From IMG/VR virus record IMGVR_UViG_3300045988_052195: a stretch of 45,717 nucleotides of DNA. One strand, given 5' to 3'. Under the pieces are notes generated by a model. It saw only the letters and a program-made list of their open reading frames with translations, was not told where the DNA came from and made no database searches. The stretch comes from a virus. Shown piece after piece: positions 41,659 through 45,717 of this stretch (position 1 is the stretch's first letter; every line of letters begins with the position of its first letter). A program made the position numbers and the translations under genes.

Positions 41659-42504
41659 TCATCCCAAAATGTCGTTGAATGTCATTTGCTGAATTTCTGG
41701 CGGTTTCAGCATTTCGTTCTTTGCTCTTTCGTAGAAATTTCTGTCAATTTCAAATCCGAATGATGTCCGTCCCAGATCCCACGCCGCTCTGAGCGTTGAA
41801 CCGCTGCCGCAACACGGATCAATCACGACATCCCCCGGATCGGTGAACGTCTCAATCAGCTTTTTCAGCATTGCAACGGGTTTTTGCGCCGGGTGAATCT
41901 TCGGGATGCCTTTCCCGTCTCTTTCCCACTGGAACCAGTTGAAAACCATGTGTCCCGTCCCTCTGATGGTTTTACCGTTTTCGTCAAACTGTACCCCGTT
42001 ACGGAACTTCGGGAGCCTTCCACGATATAAAAGCAACGCGTATTCCGTAGCTCCCACAACTCTCATGTTGGCTTTCAATACCTGTGGACTGTAATTCTTG
42101 ATGAACACCAGTGGAATGTAATTCACAAATCCATGTTTCTTCGCCGCCTGTATCAGTGTATGCGTCTGTTCAAAGGAGCAAAACACAATCATGCATGGGC
42201 TGTCACTGCTTTTCCCGCGGTGCGTGGGTTTTGTATCTTCCTTTTTCAACATCTTTGAACAGAAATGGAAATATTCATAAAGATTGAAATTGAAGTCACT
42301 GTTAAATGCCGCTTTCCCGGCAAATTTGCTTTCGCCGTTTTTATTGTCTCCGCCGTTGTACCACATCGGATTGCTTCCATAGAAGTTATTCCCAACATTA
42401 TACGGGACGTCTGCGATAATCAGCTGTGCAGGTCTGATGCCGTACTTTTTATAGTTCTGCATCGAATCCCGGTAGATCTCGCATTTGATTTTCGATTTTT
42501 CCAT
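41659..42504 (-). CDS. Beta-class N4/N6 DNA methyltransferase
   Basis: 281 aa. Catalytic DVPY near the N-terminus and the AdoMet motif VIDPCCGSGSTLRAA near the C-terminus. Confidence 0.8.
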   Translation of the reverse strand: MEKSKIKCEIYRDSMQNYKKYGIRPAQLIIADVPYNVGNNFYGSNPMWYNGGDNKNGESKFAGKAAFNSDFNFNLYEYFHFCSKMLKKEDTKPTHRGKSSDSPCMIVFCSFEQTHTLIQAAKKHGFVNYIPLVFIKNYSPQVLKANMRVVGATEYALLLYRGRLPKFRNGVQFDENGKTIRGTGHMVFNWFQWERDGKGIPKIHPAQKPVAMLKKLIETFTDPGDVVIDPCCGSGSTLRAAWDLGRTSFGFEIDRNFYERAKNEMLKPPEIQQMTFNDILG

Positions 42505-42525
42505 CTCATCACCACTTTCTCTGTA

Positions 42526-42720
42526 TCACTCTTCGAGGATGTCTGTCACATCTACCCCCAGCGCACGGGCGATCCTGCCAAGCGTTGCCGGACTTACGCT
42601 TCTTCCGACGATTGCATTGTTTACTGTCGCTCGAGGCATGGCAGACGTTTTTGTCAGATCCGCCGAGTTCATACAAGCTCTTGCCATTGCAAGTTCGAGC
42701 TTTTTTCTGTTTGCTTTCAT
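42526..42720 (-). CDS. cro: Cro-like XRE-family HTH regulator
   Basis: 64 aa. LELAMARACMNSADLTKTSAMPRATVNNAIVGRSVSPATLGRIARALG. It is the first gene of the early leftward operon. GAGGAGGGG RBS. Confidence 0.75.
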   Translation of the reverse strand: MKANRKKLELAMARACMNSADLTKTSAMPRATVNNAIVGRSVSPATLGRIARALGVDVTDILEE

Positions 42721-43059
42721 CTTTCCCCTCCTCGTTATTTTTATATTTGAATCTGTTTGACTCTTTTTTGGCTGCGCTTGCCGTTCGCTTGTGTTATCAT
42801 TGTTATGCCTAATGGCAAAAGGAAGGAGTGGTTTTCGTGACCAAACTTTTGACTTTGCCTGCTCCCTTTGCTTTTAATCCGTCCGCACTGATACCGAGAC
42901 AGTTAAAACAGGTTAAAGACGGCTCTGACTGTTTTGTCAGCGATTAGGCATGTTGCAGATTCAAGACTGCGAAAGTGACAAGGTGCTTCAAGAAGCGACC
43001 AGTGTCGTTGGTTGCGATTTCGATCTGCAAAGTACATAGGGTAAACAAACTTGATGATG

Positions 43060-43093
43060 ATCTGGTGGGAACGACACTCCCATCAGATTTTTT
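43060..43093 (+). terminator. Strong plus-strand rho-independent terminator inside the cro-cI spacer
   Basis: 11-bp stem ATCTGGTGGGA/TCCCATCAGAT (one G-U pair) with a 7-nt loop, followed by TTTTTT. Confidence 0.75.
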
Positions 43094-43137
43094 CATTTGC
43101 GGCAAGCGCTCAAGGCTTTTTGTTTCCTTGTAAACAC

Positions 43138-43166
43138 ATTATAGTCCCTTAGAAAACATTTGTCAA
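43138..43166 (-). promoter_or_regulatory. Consensus sigma-70-type early promoter (leftward)
   Basis: Minus strand reads TTGACA, 17 nt, TATAAT, with both hexamers perfect. Confidence 0.75.
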
Positions 43167-43176
43167 TATATTTTTG

Positions 43177-43205
43177 TTGACTTTGGGAACATTTTTTATT
43201 ATAAT
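43177..43205 (+). promoter_or_regulatory. Near-consensus promoter of the repressor gene (rightward)
   Basis: TTGACT, 17 nt, TATAAT. It lies 25 nt upstream of the cI-like ATG and back-to-back with the leftward promoter. Confidence 0.75.
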
Positions 43206-43229
43206 AGTTATCAGAGAGGAGGTGCAAAA

Positions 43230-43583
43230 ATGGAAGAGCGCATAAAAGAATTAAGAAAGGCGCTTGGGAAAACGCAGCAAGATTTTGCTGATTCTTTGGA
43301 ATTAAGTAGAAACTTCATTGCTCAAGTAGAAACTGGTGCCAAAACACCAAGCGAGCGAACCCTTAAAGACATCTGCCGGGAATTTAAAGTCAACTATGAT
43401 TGGCTTGTGAACGGAACTGGGGAAATGTTCCAAGATGACGATAGCGATGCGCAGGCTATCGTGGATTCCGTCATGACGGGAGACAATGACTTTGCGAAGA
43501 AGATCCTTGTCCAGTTCGCAAAGTTGGACGAGAACCGATGGCGGCAGATCGAAGAGATCCTAAACGAACTCAAAAAAGAATAA
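43230..43583 (+). CDS. CI-like XRE-family repressor
   Basis: 117 aa. IKELRKALGKTQQDFADSLELSRNFIAQVETGAKTPSERTLKDICREF is an HTH_3-type domain. It diverges from cro. GAGGAGG RBS. Confidence 0.8.
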   Translation: MEERIKELRKALGKTQQDFADSLELSRNFIAQVETGAKTPSERTLKDICREFKVNYDWLVNGTGEMFQDDDSDAQAIVDSVMTGDNDFAKKILVQFAKLDENRWRQIEEILNELKKE

Positions 43584-43591
43584 TCGCAAAA

Positions 43592-43624
43592 GGAAGAGCC
43601 GAGGATTCATTCCCCGGCTCTTCT
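43592..43624. terminator. Hairpin shared by the convergent cI-like gene and a small minus-strand ORF
   Basis: Stem GAAGAGCCG/CGGCTCTTC with a 13-nt loop. The U-tracts are weak on both strands. Confidence 0.45.
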
Positions 43625-43625
43625 G

Positions 43626-43730
43626 CTATTCTCTCATATAGAGATACAATAATAATTTGTATACCCGTTTCAGTGTCTGATCCGTCTGCACCTTATCCAG
43701 CAAGTCGATGATTTTCTTCTTATAATCCAT
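43626..43730 (-). CDS. 34-aa hypothetical protein
   Basis: MDYKKKIIDLLDKVQTDQTLKRVYKLLLYLYMRE. GGAGG RBS 7 nt upstream. Confidence 0.4.
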   Translation of the reverse strand: MDYKKKIIDLLDKVQTDQTLKRVYKLLLYLYMRE

Positions 43731-43770
43731 ATGCGTACCTCCATTATCGAAAAATGTCGTCAACAATGTC

Positions 43771-43799
43771 TTTACTTAAAGTATACGGCGTGATATGAT
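43771..43799 (+). promoter_or_regulatory. Candidate promoter of the lysogeny membrane moron
   Basis: TTTACT, 17 nt, TATGAT. Confidence 0.4.
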
Positions 43800-43903
43800 G
43801 AATTATGATTAAATATTTATAGAACTCTGTAAATATTTAAAGCTATATGTTCGGGATATCTCACCGGATACCTCGGAAATACAGAAGAAAGGAGGGCTTT
43901 TGT

Positions 43904-44269
43904 ATGAAAGTATGGAAACTTGTGTCTGGCATCTTATCCGTTATCTTATTTGTGTTTGTTTCTTTCCAGTCCTGTGCCGCAGGTTTGGGAAATGCATTAG
44001 CGGATAATGGAGAGGTCAGCGGAAGTGCCGGAATCATAGTGGCTATTTTCATGCTGGCAGGCGGAATCGTTTCTATTTCTACTCGGAAAGGTGGAAAAGG
44101 TGGAAATATCGCACTTATTATTCTTTTCGGTCTCGCCGCTCTGATTGGATTTAGCATGGCGGGAAGCTACGGTGATCTTAATATCTGGGCTGGGTGGTGT
44201 GCGATCAACGCAATTATCGCACTTGTAGCCTTAATTACTGGAAAGAAAAATAAAAAGACAAAAGAATGA
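43904..44269 (+). CDS. Four-TM membrane protein in the lysogeny module (moron; possible superinfection exclusion)
   Basis: 121 aa from ATG 43904 (AAAGGAGGG RBS). Four hydrophobic segments and a Lys-rich C-terminus. It lies between the repressor and the integrase. Confidence 0.65.
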   Translation: MKVWKLVSGILSVILFVFVSFQSCAAGLGNALADNGEVSGSAGIIVAIFMLAGGIVSISTRKGGKGGNIALIILFGLAALIGFSMAGSYGDLNIWAGWCAINAIIALVALITGKKNKKTKE

Positions 44270-44313
44270 TAATAAGCGGCGCTCGGAATAATATCGAACG
44301 TCGCTCTTACAAA

Positions 44314-44351
44314 TGAAAAAATCGGCTCGGTGTTGGCGCACTGAGCCGATT
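44314..44351 (-). terminator. Minus-strand rho-independent terminator with no upstream protein gene
   Basis: 13-bp stem (AATCGGCTCGGTG/CACTGAGCCGATT, one G-U pair), followed on the minus strand by TTTTTT. Confidence 0.7.
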
Positions 44352-44492
44352 CGATATTCCCGAAGATGCGTATCGGAAACCTACACCCATAATATACCAC
44401 CTTCGGGACAGCTATGCAAGCAGAACCGGCCAGAATTTTCGGCGGGTTGCGGCAGGCTGTTATTTTTATACCCAAATTAAGGAGGACTGATT

Positions 44493-45569
44493 ATGGCTAC
44501 TGCAAAAAAGCTTCCGTCTGGATCATGGAGGTGTCAGGTATTCTCACACATTGAGACATCTATTGATCCGAAGACCGGAAAAAAGAAGGACAAACGTATT
44601 TACAAGAGCTTCACCTCGGATGTGCCGGGGCCGAAGGGAAAACGTATTGCGGAACAGATGGCGGCTCAATGGGCCGCTGAGAAGGAGAATGCAACGAGTG
44701 TGCAGAATCTCACGTTGGGGGAAGCGATCGACCGTTACACTGATGAGAGGTTGTCCCTGCTATCACCCAGAACGGTTATGGACTACCGCCGGACCCGGAA
44801 GAAGGACATGCAGGAGCTGATGAATCAGAAGGTGCCTACATTGACGCAGGAGCAGGTGCAGATTGCAATCAACGCCTTTGCCGCAAATCACGCACCCAAG
44901 ACAGTGCGTAACGCTCATGGACTGATCGCTGCTGTTTTAGGCGTGTATCGTCCGAATTTCGCTTTGAACACCAAGCTCCCGGAAAAAGTACGCCCGAAGA
45001 TCTACGTGCCTACAGACGCGGAGATACAGCGTCTTATGGAGTGTGCAAAAGGGACAGAGTTGGAGATCCCGATCCTGCTTGCGGCATTCGGTCCGATGCG
45101 GCGCGGGGAGATCGGTGCGCTGACATCCGACGATATCTCCGGAAACATGGTCCACATTACGAAGAATATGGTCTTGAACACGGAACGTCAATGGATCATA
45201 AAAACGCCGAAATCTTACGCCGGTGATCGCTATATTGATTTTCCGGACTTTGTAATTGAAAAGATAAAGGGGAAAAAGGGAAGGATCGTTTCGCTGGATC
45301 CGAATCAGATCACAAGGAAGTTTCATGATCTTCTCAAGAAAAATAAAATGGAGCTGTTCCGCTTTCACGATCTCCGGCACTACTCCGCATCCATCCAACA
45401 TGCATTGGGGATCCCGGATGCCTATATCATGAAGCGAGGGGGATGGGGGAACGATGGAACCCTAAAAGAAGTGTATCGCCATACAATGGATGACAAAACC
45501 ATGTCGATGAATGAGATAGCAAACACGCATTTTTCAGAGTTATGCAACACGAAATGCAACACAAAATAA
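44493..45569 (+). CDS. int: Tyrosine integrase
   Basis: 358 aa with AAGGAGGA RBS. GPMRRGEI (Arg), HDLRHY (His-x-x-Arg) and GWGNDGTLKEVYRH (Tyr). It is adjacent to the tRNA-like att core. Confidence 0.9.
   Translation: MATAKKLPSGSWRCQVFSHIETSIDPKTGKKKDKRIYKSFTSDVPGPKGKRIAEQMAAQWAAEKENATSVQNLTLGEAIDRYTDERLSLLSPRTVMDYRRTRKKDMQELMNQKVPTLTQEQVQIAINAFAANHAPKTVRNAHGLIAAVLGVYRPNFALNTKLPEKVRPKIYVPTDAEIQRLMECAKGTELEIPILLAAFGPMRRGEIGALTSDDISGNMVHITKNMVLNTERQWIIKTPKSYAGDRYIDFPDFVIEKIKGKKGRIVSLDPNQITRKFHDLLKKNKMELFRFHDLRHYSASIQHALGIPDAYIMKRGGWGNDGTLKEVYRHTMDDKTMSMNEIANTHFSELCNTKCNTK
45541..45562. repeat. Second copy of the ATGCAACACGAA repeat, embedded in the last codons of the integrase
   Basis: 22-bp identity with 163-184. 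It encodes the integrase C-terminal LCNTKCNTK. Confidence 0.6.
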
Positions 45570-45598
45570 AAAGAAGCCTGTATTTACAAGCTTCTTCC

Positions 45599-45717
45599 AA
45601 TGCCGGTGACCGGACTTGAACCGGTTTATAGGGCGATAAGGGAATTTCTTGAAAATACAGGGGTTTCTTGAAATTCCCTTATTTTATGCGGCTTTTTGGT
45701 GTGCTATCAAGTGTAGT
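45599..45717. repeat. Right copy of exact 119-bp terminal direct repeat
   Basis: Identical to 1-119. It starts 30 bp after the integrase stop. Confidence 0.95.
45601..45625 (-). other. tRNA 3'-end mimic (T-arm plus acceptor 3' strand), probable attP core; same bases at 3-27
   Basis: Minus strand reads ACCGG-TTCAAGT-CCGGT-CACCGGC-A, i.e. T-stem, T-loop, T-stem, acceptor and discriminator. No matching 5' acceptor GCCGGTG, D-arm or anticodon arm follows, so it is only a fragment. It lies next to the integrase. Confidence 0.6.

Larger units (their letters stand above)
1..45717. mobile_element. Complete temperate siphovirus-like phage genome (Gram-positive, Clostridia-like host), apparently captured as a circle
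   Basis: Integrase plus CI/Cro switch, Erf/NinB recombination and replication genes, and terminase-portal-capsid-tail-lysis modules. Nearly all genes are on the minus strand with AGGAGG-type RBSs. Window ends are an exact 119-bp direct repeat. Confidence 0.9.

Noticed and set aside
44167-44475. 102-aa minus-strand ORF
   Set aside because: It overlaps the membrane moron and reads straight through a strong terminator hairpin. It has no RBS.

Overview
The window is one complete temperate siphovirus-like phage genome of about 45.6 kb unique sequence. The host looks Gram-positive and Clostridia-like, judging by AGGAGG ribosome-binding sites and a cell-wall-binding-repeat endolysin. The first and last 119 bp are identical, and neither copy is a rebuilt tRNA, so a circular attP-form assembly is more likely than attL/attR.

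On the plus strand, at the right end, sit a tyrosine integrase, a CI-like repressor and a lysogeny membrane moron. Everything else is on the minus strand. From 42.7 kb leftward the order is:
- Cro and an early block: small membrane peptides, a hexapeptide-repeat protein, Erf, NinB, a resolvase, and a replication organiser with internal iterons.
- DNA-modification genes: three methyltransferases, a PAPS-reductase-like protein, a MazG-like protein and a second tyrosine recombinase.
- A fused TerS-TerL terminase, portal and minor capsid protein.
- A cargo island behind a sigma-like regulator, then three tRNAs.
- Scaffold and major capsid, then a low-GC insert (HExxH protein, N6-methylase, holin-like protein, DUF4417-like protein).
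- Neck, major tail, chaperones, tape measure, distal tail, fibres and endolysin.

The strongest novel signal is a candidate invertible host-range switch. A perfect 16-bp inverted repeat is read in the same codon phase (NNNLS) in the tail-fibre gene and in a convergent start-less ORF. Inverting the 1.2-kb segment would swap the fibre's C-terminal domain. No serine invertase is present, so the orphan tyrosine recombinase is the candidate enzyme.

All functional calls come from motif recognition and gene order only. No database search was run.
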